Assembly (NCBI GenBank): GCA_965208125.1 | Contig: OZ242320.1 | Location: 3,904,001 to 3,968,000 of the forward strand | Length of the DNA: 64,000 nt | DNA from: Candidatus Latescibacterota bacterium | Lineage (GTDB): Bacteria; Latescibacterota; UBA2968 | Direction of reading: 5' to 3' | Shown: in pieces, positions 40,467 through 51,488 of the stretch | Numbering within the stretch: position 1 is the first letter of the stretch | Layout: each line of letters opens with the position of its first letter | Notes under the pieces: model-generated | Told to the model about the DNA's origin: nothing | Databases searched by the model: none | What the model saw: only the letters and a program-made list of their open reading frames with translations | Translations under genes and position numbers: made by a program

Positions 40467-41708
40467 ATGGACAAACTCAAACTCGCTCTGATCGGTTGTG
40501 GCGGTATGGGAACGCGCCATTTGTATGGGCTTCGCGAACTGGCGAAGACGCCGTTTAATAATGTTGAATTGTGCGCTTTGTGCGATCTCAATCGAGACAA
40601 TGCAGAATTGGCTGCGAGAGAGGCCGAGCAGTTGCTCGGTTCAAAACCTCCCGTGTTTACGTCTATAGAAGAGATGGCGCAAGCGATTCCCGATTTGATG
40701 GCGGTCGATGTGGTCACTGATCCGTCGGTGCATCACACGGTGGTGTGTGAGGCTCTGGACCTGGGGTTGCATGTGCTGGTTGAAAAACCTATGGCTATTT
40801 CTGTAAAAGCGTGCCATGCTATGAATGAGGCGGCGGAGCGCAACGGGCGAAAACTGTCGGTTGCTGAAAATTATCGGCGCGATCCTTCGGCGCGGCTGAC
40901 GCGCCATTTGTTGGATACCGGGCGGATCGGAACGCCTTATATGGCGACGCTCCACGCCTTGCGCGGCGGCAATGAAATTTTTATTACGCCCTGGCGGCAT
41001 TTGAAAGACCGCGGGGGACCGTTGATTGATATGGGGGTACACTATGCGGATCTGATTCGGTATCAACTCGGCGATGTGGTCGAGGTGTATGGCGATACGC
41101 GTCTGGTGGAGCCGGTGCGCAAAAAACAACAGTCCATTGGCGATCGGTATGAATTTTATCAGCAGCGTTTTCGCGCGATGCCCGACGAAGTTCCCGCTAC
41201 GGCAGAAGATACGTCGATGGCGATGATGAAGATGGAAAGCGGCGTGATGGTGAGTTTTATTATGGGCATTGGGGGGCACGGCGCATGCCGCAGTCAGTTG
41301 ATTTTAGGCGATAAAGGGTGTTTGCAGAGCTATGGCAGCCGCGGGAGTCAGGCGATATGGCAGTCGGCAGATGGCGAGGTGAGAGATCAGAATGCGATTC
41401 TGAGTGCTGTTGACGATTTTGAATTGCATCCCCTCCTGGATCGTTTTTTTCCTACCAAAAACAGCGTGGGCGATCAGGCAGTGGATTGGAAATTGATCGC
41501 TTATGAACAATACGAACTCGCCTGTGCTGTCCTGAATGATGAGCCGATTGAGGTCGATGGTCTTGAGGGGATGAAGGATGTTGCTGCGATTTATGCGATT
41601 TGCGAGTCTGCTCGCGCAGGTCGCACTGTGACGGCAGCAGAGATCGAAAGCGGCGAGTTGTATGAATATCAAGCAGAGATCGATGCGGCGTTGAATATCA
41701 ACACTTAA
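40467..41708 (+). CDS. Gfo/Idh/MocA family oxidoreductase
   Basis: IGCGGMG, EKPMA, ENYR, GG..D.G.H..D. Confidence 0.9.
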   Translation: MDKLKLALIGCGGMGTRHLYGLRELAKTPFNNVELCALCDLNRDNAELAAREAEQLLGSKPPVFTSIEEMAQAIPDLMAVDVVTDPSVHHTVVCEALDLGLHVLVEKPMAISVKACHAMNEAAERNGRKLSVAENYRRDPSARLTRHLLDTGRIGTPYMATLHALRGGNEIFITPWRHLKDRGGPLIDMGVHYADLIRYQLGDVVEVYGDTRLVEPVRKKQQSIGDRYEFYQQRFRAMPDEVPATAEDTSMAMMKMESGVMVSFIMGIGGHGACRSQLILGDKGCLQSYGSRGSQAIWQSADGEVRDQNAILSAVDDFELHPLLDRFFPTKNSVGDQAVDWKLIAYEQYELACAVLNDEPIEVDGLEGMKDVAAIYAICESARAGRTVTAAEIESGELYEYQAEIDAALNINT

Positions 41709-41709
41709 A

Positions 41710-42087
41710 ATGGAGGAAAGACAGATGGTGATTCGCAATTGGCAAGATGCCACGCCCACAGTGGGCCATGAAACGGCGTTGATCTGGTCGATTTTCAGGC
41801 AGAAGGGGTCTGCCGGTTTGAGTGAGGAAGAAGCACCGATGTTGGCGGCATCGGGATTTACTCTGCATATGATGCAGAGCCGCAAGGCAGGCGATTACCA
41901 CATGCACGATGACAAAGAACAGATTTATTATTTTACGCGCGGTCATGGCAAGATGAAGATCGATGACGAGATTTATCCCGTAGAGCCAGGCGATGCCGTG
42001 CATTTACCGCCTTATACCTATCACCAGTTGATCAATGACAGCGACGATTGGATTGAACACATCCTGGTGACTGTGCCGGTGGTTTAA
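41710..42087 (+). CDS. Cupin domain protein
   Basis: HMHDDKEQIYY...G, PGD...PP...H. Confidence 0.88.
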   Translation: MEERQMVIRNWQDATPTVGHETALIWSIFRQKGSAGLSEEEAPMLAASGFTLHMMQSRKAGDYHMHDDKEQIYYFTRGHGKMKIDDEIYPVEPGDAVHLPPYTYHQLINDSDDWIEHILVTVPVV

Positions 42088-43106
42088 GGGTACAGGACGT
42101 ATTTTAGTCCCTCTTGTCGCTCTGCACCATCAAATGCCTGTTCCCAATTTTCGAGCGGTAGCCTGTGGGATATGTATGCCGAGGGGTCTATTGTTTTGGC
42201 GATGACCATTTCGAGGGCGCGTTGCCAACTGGGCCAGTTCTGGGCAATAGAACTGTTCACGGAGAGCTGTTTGTAGATGATTTTGCCCCAGTTCACTTCA
42301 ACGGGGTGTTCAACCAGAGCCACCTGTGTGAATGTGCCGAGGGGACGTACGGCGTCGAGGCATTGATCGATGGAGGCGGCAGCACCGGCACATTCGATGA
42401 CAATGTCGGCACCGTCACTGGTGATTGAGCGGACAAATTCGGATATATTTTCGCGCGTGATATCTACGGTATGTTCTGCGCTTTTGGCCATAGCGAGGCG
42501 ATGGGTGTCGCGGTCTGTTCCGCAGACAATAACGCGCCCGCCTGCGAGTCTGGCGAGGTCGGCGCACATCAGGCCAATGGGACCGGGACCAGAAATGAGT
42601 ACCAGGTCGCCGGGTACGATTTTTGTGTAAAAAAGGACAGCTTTGATGCAGCAGGCGAGGGGTTCAACAAGCGCGGCGGTGTCATAGGAGACGGATTCGG
42701 GGAGCGGGAAGGCGAGGTTTTGGGGGATGACGCAGTATTCAGCAAATCCGCCGTCGCGCATGCTGCCAACGGACTTGCGCTGGGGGCAAAAGAAAAACTC
42801 GCTTGCCCGACAATAGCGACAGTGCCCACACGCTCCATTTGCCGTAGGAAGGACCGTGACGCGGTCGCCTGTTTTGATGCGGGTGACATTGGCGCCGACT
42901 TTAACGACTTCACCTGAGAGTTCATGGCAAAGCGTGACAGGTGGGCGAGAGCCATAACCGCCGTGGCGGATGTGGAGATCGGTGCCGCAGAGTCCGCCGC
43001 GCTGAACGGCGATTTTAATGTCGTCGGGGTGTTCGATATCCGGTTCTGGTATGTTGCATAAGGCGATGTGTCCGGGACCGGGTTTTAGTTTGCGTACAGC
43101 GCGCAT
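42084..43106 (-). CDS. Zinc-binding (MDR) alcohol/sugar dehydrogenase
   Basis: GLCGTDLH, HELSG, CGHCRYC...C, GPGPIG; start ATG 43106. Confidence 0.9.
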   Translation of the reverse strand: MRAVRKLKPGPGHIALCNIPEPDIEHPDDIKIAVQRGGLCGTDLHIRHGGYGSRPPVTLCHELSGEVVKVGANVTRIKTGDRVTVLPTANGACGHCRYCRASEFFFCPQRKSVGSMRDGGFAEYCVIPQNLAFPLPESVSYDTAALVEPLACCIKAVLFYTKIVPGDLVLISGPGPIGLMCADLARLAGGRVIVCGTDRDTHRLAMAKSAEHTVDITRENISEFVRSITSDGADIVIECAGAAASIDQCLDAVRPLGTFTQVALVEHPVEVNWGKIIYKQLSVNSSIAQNWPSWQRALEMVIAKTIDPSAYISHRLPLENWEQAFDGAERQEGLKYVLYP

Positions 43107-43256
43107 GGTATTTGTGCAGGGCAGAGAATGGTATTTTTTGTTTACTTTGATATTATGCACAATCTTTACATGGTAGGCAATCACTGTTTGTTTTGCCTTA
43201 TAGCTTGTGCAATACGTATCATTTCGATGTGCTGTTTGTCCGCGAGAAGGTGAGCG

Positions 43257-45323
43257 ATGATCCGGAATATTCTGCATATAGCAATGGGTGTGGTCGTGGT
43301 CTTTTTGGGGCTGGTCACCCTGGTGGAGTTACTGGGATATGTGACCTGGTACCTGATGCCCAGAGATGCTGAGTCGATGCAACAGGCGTCCGAGTTTGAG
43401 GCGATTATGGGCAGGCTGGTGCAAAGTCCTGCAGAGGAAGCTATACCGGTTGTGGTTCCAGATCGACATCCGAAGACAGCAAAAGCTGTGCATCGGGTGA
43501 TGGAGTGGCCGAAAAGAAGGGGGCGGCAGTTTCGGGAAGCTCCTATGCTTCAAAAGAGGGTGGCGGCGAGGGATCTACCACAGGTTGGAGAACGGCTGCC
43601 GGAAAATCCATTGATGATCGTGCCGCCCCATCAGAATGGGCCTTATGGAGGTACCTGGACGCGGTTTGCAACGGGGCCGAGAGATATAGGTATTGTGGAG
43701 GCGCGGTTTGCCTATGAGGGATTGGTGAGATGGGATCCGATGGGGCAAAAAATTCTTCCCAATCTGGCAACGCACTGGGAGATAGCCGATGGGGGACGGA
43801 CGTACACGTTCTGGTTGCGAAAGGGGGTGCGCTGGTCAGATGGACATCCCTTTACGGTAGAGGATATTTTCTTCTGGCATGAAAATGTGTTGCGTAACGA
43901 GGAGTTGACACCGGTGGTCGCGCGGGATTTTCAGCGGGGAGGCGAGGTGATGGCGATAGAAAGAGTCGATGCGTACACGGTGCGTTTTCGCTTCAAGCGA
44001 CCCAATGGTCTTTTCCTGAAATTGCTGGCATGGGGACGCGGATACGAAATGTTGCGGTATCCGGCGCATTATATGGCGCAGTTTCATCCGCGGTATGTGC
44101 CGCTGGAGAAATTAGAAGCGATGGCCCGGGAACACGGTTTTGATTTCTGGCACCAGCTTTTTCAAGACAAGCGGGATTGGCGGAATCCGGATATTCCCAG
44201 GCTGTGGCCGTGGGTGGTCGTGGCACCGCCACCGGCTCGTCCTTCTGTGTTTGAGCGCAATCCCTATTATTGGAAGGTGGATCCAGAGGGGAACCAGCTT
44301 CCCTATATTGATCGTATGACTTTTGAGATTTACGACCGCGAGACGATCAATCTCAAAGCGATTAATGGGGAGATTGGGATGCAGGGACGGCACATTCTGA
44401 TCGAAAATTATTCCTTATTTATGGAGAATCAGTCGCGCGGAGGGTACCGGGTGTTGCACTGGATTACCGGAGGAACCGGCGGAGAGAGCGTTGCGCTGAA
44501 TTTGAACCATAAGGATCCCGTGATGCGTGAGATTATATGGGATCGGCGGTTCCGCATCGCGCTGTCACACGCGATTGATCGGGAGGCGATTAACGAGGTC
44601 GGTGGGTTTGGTATCGGTCAGCCGAGGCAACCGGCACCTTTGCAAACGTCGGTGCATTATTCAGAGGCATTTGAAAAAGCATATATCGAATATGAGCCGG
44701 ATAGGGCCAACGCGCTTTTGGACGAGATGGGATTGGTGGAGAAAGATCCGTCCGGCATGCGGCTGCGTCCGGATGGCAAGCCGATCAGAGTGGCAATTGA
44801 GACGATGTCGATCAACAACCGGGTGCTGGAATTGGTGGCGAATTATTGGACAGCGGTTGGGGTAAAGACGGAGATCAAGGAGGAAGCCCGACAGCTTTAT
44901 TACGAGCGGAGAAAGGCGTTGATACACGATGCGGCAACTGCGGGGGGTGAGGTTCAGAACCCGCTTTTGGAGCCGCGCCTGTTTGTCCCCTATAATGTGG
45001 GGTCGAGCCACGCGATTGGGTTCACGCATTGGCTTTTGACCAATGGAAAACGGGGGGAGACGCCCACAGGAGATATGCGGCGCTGTATTGAACTGTTCTG
45101 GCAGATTGAGGAGACGCCGGATGAGGCCGAACAGGTTCGGCTATTTGGAGAGATTATAGAACTGAATCGGAAAAATCTCTGGGTGATTGGAACAATCGGA
45201 AGTATGCCTTCGATTATGCTGGTACACAATACATTTCGGAATGTGCCGGAGGTCGCCATGGCATCGTGGTCAGTCCGTACGCCAGCGAATACGGCGGTTG
45301 AGTGTTATGCGATTGAGCCATAG
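43257..45323 (+). CDS. ABC transporter substrate-binding protein, family 5, with N-terminal membrane anchor
   Basis: EAPML...LP.V.ERLPENP, LRKGVRWSDG.PFT, RNPYYWKVD.EGNQLPYID, FRIALSHAIDR. Confidence 0.88.
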   Translation: MIRNILHIAMGVVVVFLGLVTLVELLGYVTWYLMPRDAESMQQASEFEAIMGRLVQSPAEEAIPVVVPDRHPKTAKAVHRVMEWPKRRGRQFREAPMLQKRVAARDLPQVGERLPENPLMIVPPHQNGPYGGTWTRFATGPRDIGIVEARFAYEGLVRWDPMGQKILPNLATHWEIADGGRTYTFWLRKGVRWSDGHPFTVEDIFFWHENVLRNEELTPVVARDFQRGGEVMAIERVDAYTVRFRFKRPNGLFLKLLAWGRGYEMLRYPAHYMAQFHPRYVPLEKLEAMAREHGFDFWHQLFQDKRDWRNPDIPRLWPWVVVAPPPARPSVFERNPYYWKVDPEGNQLPYIDRMTFEIYDRETINLKAINGEIGMQGRHILIENYSLFMENQSRGGYRVLHWITGGTGGESVALNLNHKDPVMREIIWDRRFRIALSHAIDREAINEVGGFGIGQPRQPAPLQTSVHYSEAFEKAYIEYEPDRANALLDEMGLVEKDPSGMRLRPDGKPIRVAIETMSINNRVLELVANYWTAVGVKTEIKEEARQLYYERRKALIHDAATAGGEVQNPLLEPRLFVPYNVGSSHAIGFTHWLLTNGKRGETPTGDMRRCIELFWQIEETPDEAEQVRLFGEIIELNRKNLWVIGTIGSMPSIMLVHNTFRNVPEVAMASWSVRTPANTAVECYAIEP

Positions 45324-45339
45324 CCCGTATAGGTGGCGA

Positions 45340-47112
45340 TTACTCGTTCAGTGCCGAAAGTTGGGCGATTTGTTCAATCTTGCCATCGACAATGCCCATG
45401 TATCCAATTAGCATTTCGTCAAAACTTTGCTCCCCCCAGCGAACAGTTGCGGATGGATCGGGATTGAGTTTGTTTTTTGCCGAGTTGTCAAAGACAGCAT
45501 GGCTGACTATGCGCGTCCCCGCAGGCAGGTGTTTAGGGGTTGAGAGGGCGTAGAACCGCTGCCAGTTGAACGTGTAATTTGGCACAGAGAGCAGGGTTTC
45601 GCGGGTTCCATCGGGATAATGTGCAACATAGCGGAAGCCCGCGCCCCGGAAGTGCATGTGGGGGAAGAGGGTGTAGAGGGTGGCATCCTGTTCAAAGATT
45701 TTTACGGATGAATCGCGATGGGCACTCGCATGCGGTGGGATTTTAATTTTTGGATTGGCGGGACCGACCACGCGATGTTCGCGCAGGTTTTGTGCGTCGG
45801 TGAAATACAACCCCAGTTTGCTTTCATCCACTTCGGGACGTCCAGTGGTCGTGTAGTGGATTTGAAATTGGATTCTGCTCCCTTTGGGGAGTAGTTGCGC
45901 CGTGCCCTTGGGCAGCATGACACCGTCCATGCCCGGTACATAAGAGGCAAAGATGCCGTCTAACCACCGGTTCTTTTTAACGGTTTTCATTTTGTGCCCT
46001 TTGGGATAGATCACGCGCGCCAGTGCATGGTGCATGGCGGCGCGATTTCCCGGCAGAAATTCGGTGCCTCGCACTCGCACATCGCGGTCTATGGGCACTG
46101 TAATTTTGAGATAGCGATAGTCAACAATACCTGTTGCGGGGATTTCTTGCCGTTCCAATACGATGACCAGGTCGGGTTCTCCATAAGCCCAGGTTGTGGC
46201 GTGTGTCGGGTTTTCGGATAGGGGGTCTGGGCCATCGCCGCGGGGAGATCCAGCTTCGATCCAGTGAACGAGGGTTTGTTCTTCTTGTTGTGTGAGAGAC
46301 AGGTCGTTGCTGAATGTGCCTATGTGGGGGTCTGCATGCCAGGGAGGCATGCGGCGTGTGCGCACGACTTCGCGCATCATTGGAGACCAGCCTGCGACTT
46401 CTTTGTAATCGGTCATGTCAAAGGGTGCTATGCCGCCGGGTTGGTGACAAGTGACGCATTTGTTTCGCAGAATGGGCGCGATCTCTCTGGCATAAGAGAT
46501 CTGTTTGTGTTGTGCGCGGTCTTTGCCCGGCAAGGCAATCAGGCAGCCGGGTGATGCGACGGCTTTGACGGCGATTTCTTCACCTTTGAGATGGGCGAGG
46601 AGTGCATCGGCGAGATAATGGTTGGATGCACTGGGTTTTTGCGCTTCGTAATTCAGGCGATCGTCGATGGGACCCCGATAGAGAATGTGCCAGGTTTTGG
46701 AATCGATGACAAGTGCCTCAGCCGTGCGGTGCAGGTCGAGCGATTCGGCGATGAGTTGTGTTTTGTCAATGAGGATGGGATAGTCGATGGAGAAGGCGAC
46801 GGCTTCTTCGCGTACGCTTTCGCGGTCGTCTTGCAAGTTGGCATTGAGCATTAAAAATTGTACGCCTTTGGGCGCGTATTCATTGCGTATTGCGTTGAGG
46901 CTATGTACTGCATTGCGCACAATCGGACAACCATTGCCCTGGATGAATAAGACGATGGCAGATGCGTCTGAGTGTTCGTGGAGTGTGTGAAATTCGCCGT
47001 TCTGGTCATAAAGGCCAAAATCGTCAACGACAATATCCACGGATTGTGGGGTTTCGGGAATGGCAGAACAGCCGATGAAGAGACAGGAGAGGATGTACAA
47101 TAGGTGTTTCAT
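45340..47112 (-). CDS. Lipoprotein fusion: redoxin + c-type cytochrome + copper type II monooxygenase-like domains
   Basis: Lipobox LFIGC; GCPIV and YRGPIDD redoxin; CVTCH heme site with MPPW; MHH, IHY, PHMH, DEM copper ligands. Confidence 0.8.
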   Translation of the reverse strand: MKHLLYILSCLFIGCSAIPETPQSVDIVVDDFGLYDQNGEFHTLHEHSDASAIVLFIQGNGCPIVRNAVHSLNAIRNEYAPKGVQFLMLNANLQDDRESVREEAVAFSIDYPILIDKTQLIAESLDLHRTAEALVIDSKTWHILYRGPIDDRLNYEAQKPSASNHYLADALLAHLKGEEIAVKAVASPGCLIALPGKDRAQHKQISYAREIAPILRNKCVTCHQPGGIAPFDMTDYKEVAGWSPMMREVVRTRRMPPWHADPHIGTFSNDLSLTQQEEQTLVHWIEAGSPRGDGPDPLSENPTHATTWAYGEPDLVIVLERQEIPATGIVDYRYLKITVPIDRDVRVRGTEFLPGNRAAMHHALARVIYPKGHKMKTVKKNRWLDGIFASYVPGMDGVMLPKGTAQLLPKGSRIQFQIHYTTTGRPEVDESKLGLYFTDAQNLREHRVVGPANPKIKIPPHASAHRDSSVKIFEQDATLYTLFPHMHFRGAGFRYVAHYPDGTRETLLSVPNYTFNWQRFYALSTPKHLPAGTRIVSHAVFDNSAKNKLNPDPSATVRWGEQSFDEMLIGYMGIVDGKIEQIAQLSALNE

Positions 47113-47133
47113 TAGGGGATATCCTTACAAGAG

Positions 47134-48036
47134 TTAAAATTCTCTGCTTCGCAACAATTCCAGTACGCGTTCGAGGTCGTCATTGCTGTAAAATTCGATT
47201 TCGATTTTGCCTTTGGAGCCTTTGCGACTGATGTTGACCGCTGTGCCAAAATAACGCTGGAGATCTTCTTCGAGAAATAGCAGGTTGGGGTCTTTGGGCG
47301 GTGTGGATTTTTTGGGCGCGGTGTCTTCTTTGAGTGCTTTGACAAGGGCTTCTGTGCGACGAACCGATAATTCCTGTGCAATAATCCGCTGGCATAAAGC
47401 AATTTGTTGATCCGCGTTGTCAAGACTAAGCAGCGCGCGGGCGTGACCGGCAGATATCTGCCCGGCTTGCAGTACGTCGAGTACTTCGGGTGGCAATGTG
47501 AGGAGGCGCAAGGTGTTGGCAATGGTCGAGCGGTCTTTGCCCACATGCTCGGCAACTTCTTCCTGTGTGAGAAAACACTCTTCTATGAGCATGCGATAGG
47601 CTTTGGCTTCTTCAATGGGGTTGAGATTTTCCCGCTGGATGTTTTCAATCAGCGAGAGTTCCATCATTTCCTGGTCTGTTCCCACATCCATAACAATCGC
47701 AGGTACGACTGTGAGTTCGGCCTGACGCGCAGCGCGAAAACGACGTTCGCCTGCGATCAGTTGATAGCCCGATCCAAAGCTGCGCACGGAAATGGGCTGA
47801 ATAATGCCTTTTTCACGGATTGATTGCGCCAATTCGCCCACGGCTTTGGGATCAAATTCCGTGCGTGGCTGGTGGGGATTGGGTTCAATATCATCAATGG
47901 GTATTTCGATGATTTGCCGATGGCTCTGTCCAGTAGGCGAAGGCGTAATTTCCGATGTGATTTTGTCGGCAGGGGTTGCATCGGCACCGGGAATCAGAGC
48001 ACTCAATCCCTTGCCGAGGGCATTGCGTTTAGCCAT
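47134..48036 (-). CDS. parB: Chromosome partitioning protein ParB/Spo0J
   Basis: [41 protein letters not shown]. Confidence 0.95.
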   Translation of the reverse strand: MAKRNALGKGLSALIPGADATPADKITSEITPSPTGQSHRQIIEIPIDDIEPNPHQPRTEFDPKAVGELAQSIREKGIIQPISVRSFGSGYQLIAGERRFRAARQAELTVVPAIVMDVGTDQEMMELSLIENIQRENLNPIEEAKAYRMLIEECFLTQEEVAEHVGKDRSTIANTLRLLTLPPEVLDVLQAGQISAGHARALLSLDNADQQIALCQRIIAQELSVRRTEALVKALKEDTAPKKSTPPKDPNLLFLEEDLQRYFGTAVNISRKGSKGKIEIEFYSNDDLERVLELLRSREF

Positions 48037-48790
48037 TGATGACCTCCCCGGCTAAATTCATGTAATTTTGCGCGCCGGTAGATATAATATCGTAGAGGAT
48101 GATGGGTTTGCCAAAACTGGGTGCTTCGCCGAGTTTGACGTTGCGAGTGATAATTGTATTATAGACGCGGTCGCCAAAATGCGATTTGGTTTCTTCGGCA
48201 ACCTGGCGCGCTAAATTGAGACGTCCGTCGTACATTGTGAGCAGTACGCCTTCAATAGTGAGGTTCGGATTGAGGTGTTGCTGCACGAGGCGCAGGGTGT
48301 TGAGCAATTTGCTCAGGCCCTCGAGTGCGTAATATTCGCATTGTATGGGAATGAGCACAGAGTTGGCTGCCGTCAGCGCATTGAGCGTGAGTAATCCCAG
48401 TGAGGGAGGGCAGTCGATGATGATGAAGTCGTAGGTTTCACGCGCTTGTGAGAGGGCATTTTTGAGGCGTTGTTCGCGCGAAATTATGGAAACCATTTCA
48501 ACTTCGGCACCGGTGAGGCGAATGTGAGAGGGCGCAATGCTGAGAAAGGGCAGATCGCTCTGGTAGATGACTTCCATTAAGGGCACGTCTTCGAGGAGTA
48601 CTTCGTACACACAGGGCGTTTGTTCATCTACCTCAATGCCACATCCGCTGGATGCATTGGCCTGTGGGTCTATATCGAATAGCAGGGTTTTCTTTTCTGC
48701 AGTAGCCAGACACGCAGATAGGTTGACGGCTGTGGTGGTTTTGCCCACGCCGCCTTTTTGATTGGCTATGGCAATGACCCGTGCAGACAT
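48029..48790 (-). CDS. parA: Chromosome partitioning ATPase ParA/Soj
   Basis: [38 protein letters not shown]. Confidence 0.95.
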   Translation of the reverse strand: MSARVIAIANQKGGVGKTTTAVNLSACLATAEKKTLLFDIDPQANASSGCGIEVDEQTPCVYEVLLEDVPLMEVIYQSDLPFLSIAPSHIRLTGAEVEMVSIISREQRLKNALSQARETYDFIIIDCPPSLGLLTLNALTAANSVLIPIQCEYYALEGLSKLLNTLRLVQQHLNPNLTIEGVLLTMYDGRLNLARQVAEETKSHFGDRVYNTIITRNVKLGEAPSFGKPIILYDIISTGAQNYMNLAGEVING

Positions 48791-49064
48791 CCGAAACCCC
48801 GTAAATTTGCTTAATAATATAGAGATATTCAAGTCCGTAGAATATAGTGTATGCACAGGGGAAAATCAAGCGCGGGCGTTTGTTTTGCCTTGACATAGGT
48901 TGGGAAGTCGCAAATATTTATTTTTTCCCATGGGCTACGTGGATCGCCGCGAAGAGAGGCGTTGGGAAAACAATGTGTTCTGCCGTTAGTCTGGACACTT
49001 TGTTTTAGCCATAGAAGGCAGAAAATGAAAGTATTGCGTTCATACTCGAAAGAAAAAGTGGTTC

Positions 49065-51440
49065 ATGCGTAATATCGTCTATATATCAATTCTAACCGCT
49101 TTGTTACTCGTCTGCCCACTAACGGCCCAGGCAGAGACCAGCTTGAGCGGTACGGTAACTGATGCGGACACTGGCGAGCCGTTGGCTGGGGCCGCTATTC
49201 GCCTCGTGGGCACCTTGCAGTGGAGATCCACGGACATGAAAGGTCAGTTCGTATTTTCAGTTGTGCCTCCGGGCACTTACAAGGTGGAAATCAGCCTGAT
49301 CGGTTATGTACCCCTCACCGAAACCGTGCAGGTGGTCTCTGGCGAGCAAGCTCGCTTGACCGTTGCCCTGACCCTCAACCCCGTGTATATGGACGAAGTG
49401 CTAGTCGTGGGCGATCGGCCCTTTTCGGCGGTCTCCTCGCGGGCGGTGCGGCAATTCGATCTGCGCATCCGGCCCAACCGCACGGCCCATCAGATGCTGC
49501 AACTGGCACCTGGCCTTGTCATCGCCCAACACGGCGGCGGCGGAAAAGCCGAACAGATCTTTTTGCGCGGCTTTGACGCGGATCACGGCACCGATGTGGC
49601 GATCTCGGTAGATGGGGTCCCCGTGAATATGGTCTCCCACGGACATGGACAAGGCTATGCCGACATGCATTTCCTCATTCCCGAAGTCGTCGAGGGGCTG
49701 GACGTCAGAAAAGGGCCGTACTTCGCCGAATTTGGCAATTTGGCTACCGCCGGAGCCATCGCCTACCACACCCGCAATTATCTCGATGACAATGCCATTC
49801 ATCTCGAAATCGGCGGATTCAATACGATCCAATACACCATGCTCTACCAGGTTCCGCTGGCCGATATCGATCAAAGCATCTATTTCGCTGGTAAGTACTA
49901 TCGCACCGATGGCCCGGTTGACCAGCCACAGGGTTTGCAGCGACTCAATATTTTCGGCAAGTACCACAACCAAATCTCTGACCGCTCTACCCTCACTGTG
50001 ACCAGCAGCGGGTTCAGCTCGGCCTGGGACGCCTCTGGACAGATTCCCCAGCGAGCCGTAGCGCAGGGCCTCATTGACCGCTGGGGTGCGGTTGATGATA
50101 TGGAGGGCGGCACCACCGGGCGCCAGGATTTCCATATCAATTTCCACGCCGAGGGACCGGGCATCAGTTCCTTTGATCTACTGGCGTATTTGGTCAATTA
50201 CCAGTTCAAACTGTTTTCCAATTTTACGTTCTTTCTCGACGATCTCGAGCACGGCGACGGCATCGAACAAACCGATAACCGCCAAGTCGCCGGCATCAAC
50301 AGCCGCTATACTTTCTATCACAACTTGGGGCCGTACTCGATCCATACGACGCTGGGAGGCGGCCTGCGTGCCGATAATGCGGCCGTGGCGTTGTGGAAAA
50401 GCCCCGACCGCCAACGCCTAAAACCTCTGGTTGAGGCCGATGTGATAGAGCGCAACCTGTTCCTGTGGGGCCAACAGGAGATTGTCCTCACGCCGCGCCT
50501 GCAATTGGTGCTGGGACTGCGCGGCGATTATTTCACTTTCAATGTTGAAGACCACCTCGAAGGACATCCCGCCGATCTGCCCCATGCCTCGGGCTTTGCC
50601 CACGCCGCCATTCTCAGTCCGAAAGCGGCCCTGGTGTATAGCCCCAGTCGCAACTTAGACCTTTTTGCCAATTTCGGCACCGGGTTTCACTCTAACGATG
50701 CCCGCAACAACGTTATCGATGCCCGGGCCTCACAGATTCTGCGGACCATGCGGCGCAATGGACAAAGCGAGGCCGACATTGCCGCGGAGTTGGCAGGGCG
50801 ACACATTGATCCGGGACATCTCGAAGAAGGCACGCTACCCCGGGCTGTGGGGGCCGAAACAGGTCTTCAGGCCCAGTTGTTCAACCGGTTGAATTTGGGG
50901 GTGGCTCTGTGGTGGATGGACCTGGAAAGTGAATTTGTCTTTGTCGGAGATGCCGGTACCACGGAAGCCAGTGGTGAAACCCGGCGGGCGGGACTGGATA
51001 TGGAAGCCCGTTTCCAAATACATTCTTCGCTGTGGGCGGATATCGATCTCAATCTCGCCCGAGGCGAGGCTGTAAATGAACCAGAAGGAGCCAACGAGAT
51101 TCCGCTGGCTCCCCACCTGACCTCTACTGGCGGCTTGACCTGGCGTCATCCCACGGGCCTGGAAGGCAGCTTGCGCTACCGCCATATCGGCAACCGGCCC
51201 GCCAACGAGGACGGCAGCATCACGGCCACTGGATATACCGTGGTTGATTTCAACGGCGTCTATCGCCGAGGGGCCTGGAGGCTCAATTTGGGCGTCGAGA
51301 ACGTGTTGAATACGACTTGGAGCGAAGCGCAATTCGACACGGAATCGCGCCTACAGGACGAAGTAGAACCTGTCTCGGAGATCCACTTCACCCCGGGAAA
51401 TCCCATCAATTTGCGGCTGGGAGTGAGTTTTATGTTTTAG
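49065..51440 (+). CDS. TonB-dependent receptor with N-terminal carboxypeptidase-like domain
   Basis: Signal peptide; G.V.D..TGEPL.GA; plug QHGGGGKAEQIFLRGFDADHGTD, KGPY; C-terminal Phe. Confidence 0.92.
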   Translation: MRNIVYISILTALLLVCPLTAQAETSLSGTVTDADTGEPLAGAAIRLVGTLQWRSTDMKGQFVFSVVPPGTYKVEISLIGYVPLTETVQVVSGEQARLTVALTLNPVYMDEVLVVGDRPFSAVSSRAVRQFDLRIRPNRTAHQMLQLAPGLVIAQHGGGGKAEQIFLRGFDADHGTDVAISVDGVPVNMVSHGHGQGYADMHFLIPEVVEGLDVRKGPYFAEFGNLATAGAIAYHTRNYLDDNAIHLEIGGFNTIQYTMLYQVPLADIDQSIYFAGKYYRTDGPVDQPQGLQRLNIFGKYHNQISDRSTLTVTSSGFSSAWDASGQIPQRAVAQGLIDRWGAVDDMEGGTTGRQDFHINFHAEGPGISSFDLLAYLVNYQFKLFSNFTFFLDDLEHGDGIEQTDNRQVAGINSRYTFYHNLGPYSIHTTLGGGLRADNAAVALWKSPDRQRLKPLVEADVIERNLFLWGQQEIVLTPRLQLVLGLRGDYFTFNVEDHLEGHPADLPHASGFAHAAILSPKAALVYSPSRNLDLFANFGTGFHSNDARNNVIDARASQILRTMRRNGQSEADIAAELAGRHIDPGHLEEGTLPRAVGAETGLQAQLFNRLNLGVALWWMDLESEFVFVGDAGTTEASGETRRAGLDMEARFQIHSSLWADIDLNLARGEAVNEPEGANEIPLAPHLTSTGGLTWRHPTGLEGSLRYRHIGNRPANEDGSITATGYTVVDFNGVYRRGAWRLNLGVENVLNTTWSEAQFDTESRLQDEVEPVSEIHFTPGNPINLRLGVSFMF

Positions 51441-51488
51441 CAATATCTTTGAAAACTGCAGCGTCGTTTGACGACATACATACACGAG

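Noticed and set aside
47134-49064. parS site or oriC next to parAB
   Set aside because: No GTTTCACGTGAAAC palindrome or TTATCCACA cluster found by eye; no dnaA in the window
48890-49064. Cobalamin or TPP riboswitch before the TBDR
   Set aside because: B12-box and TPP consensus elements are absent
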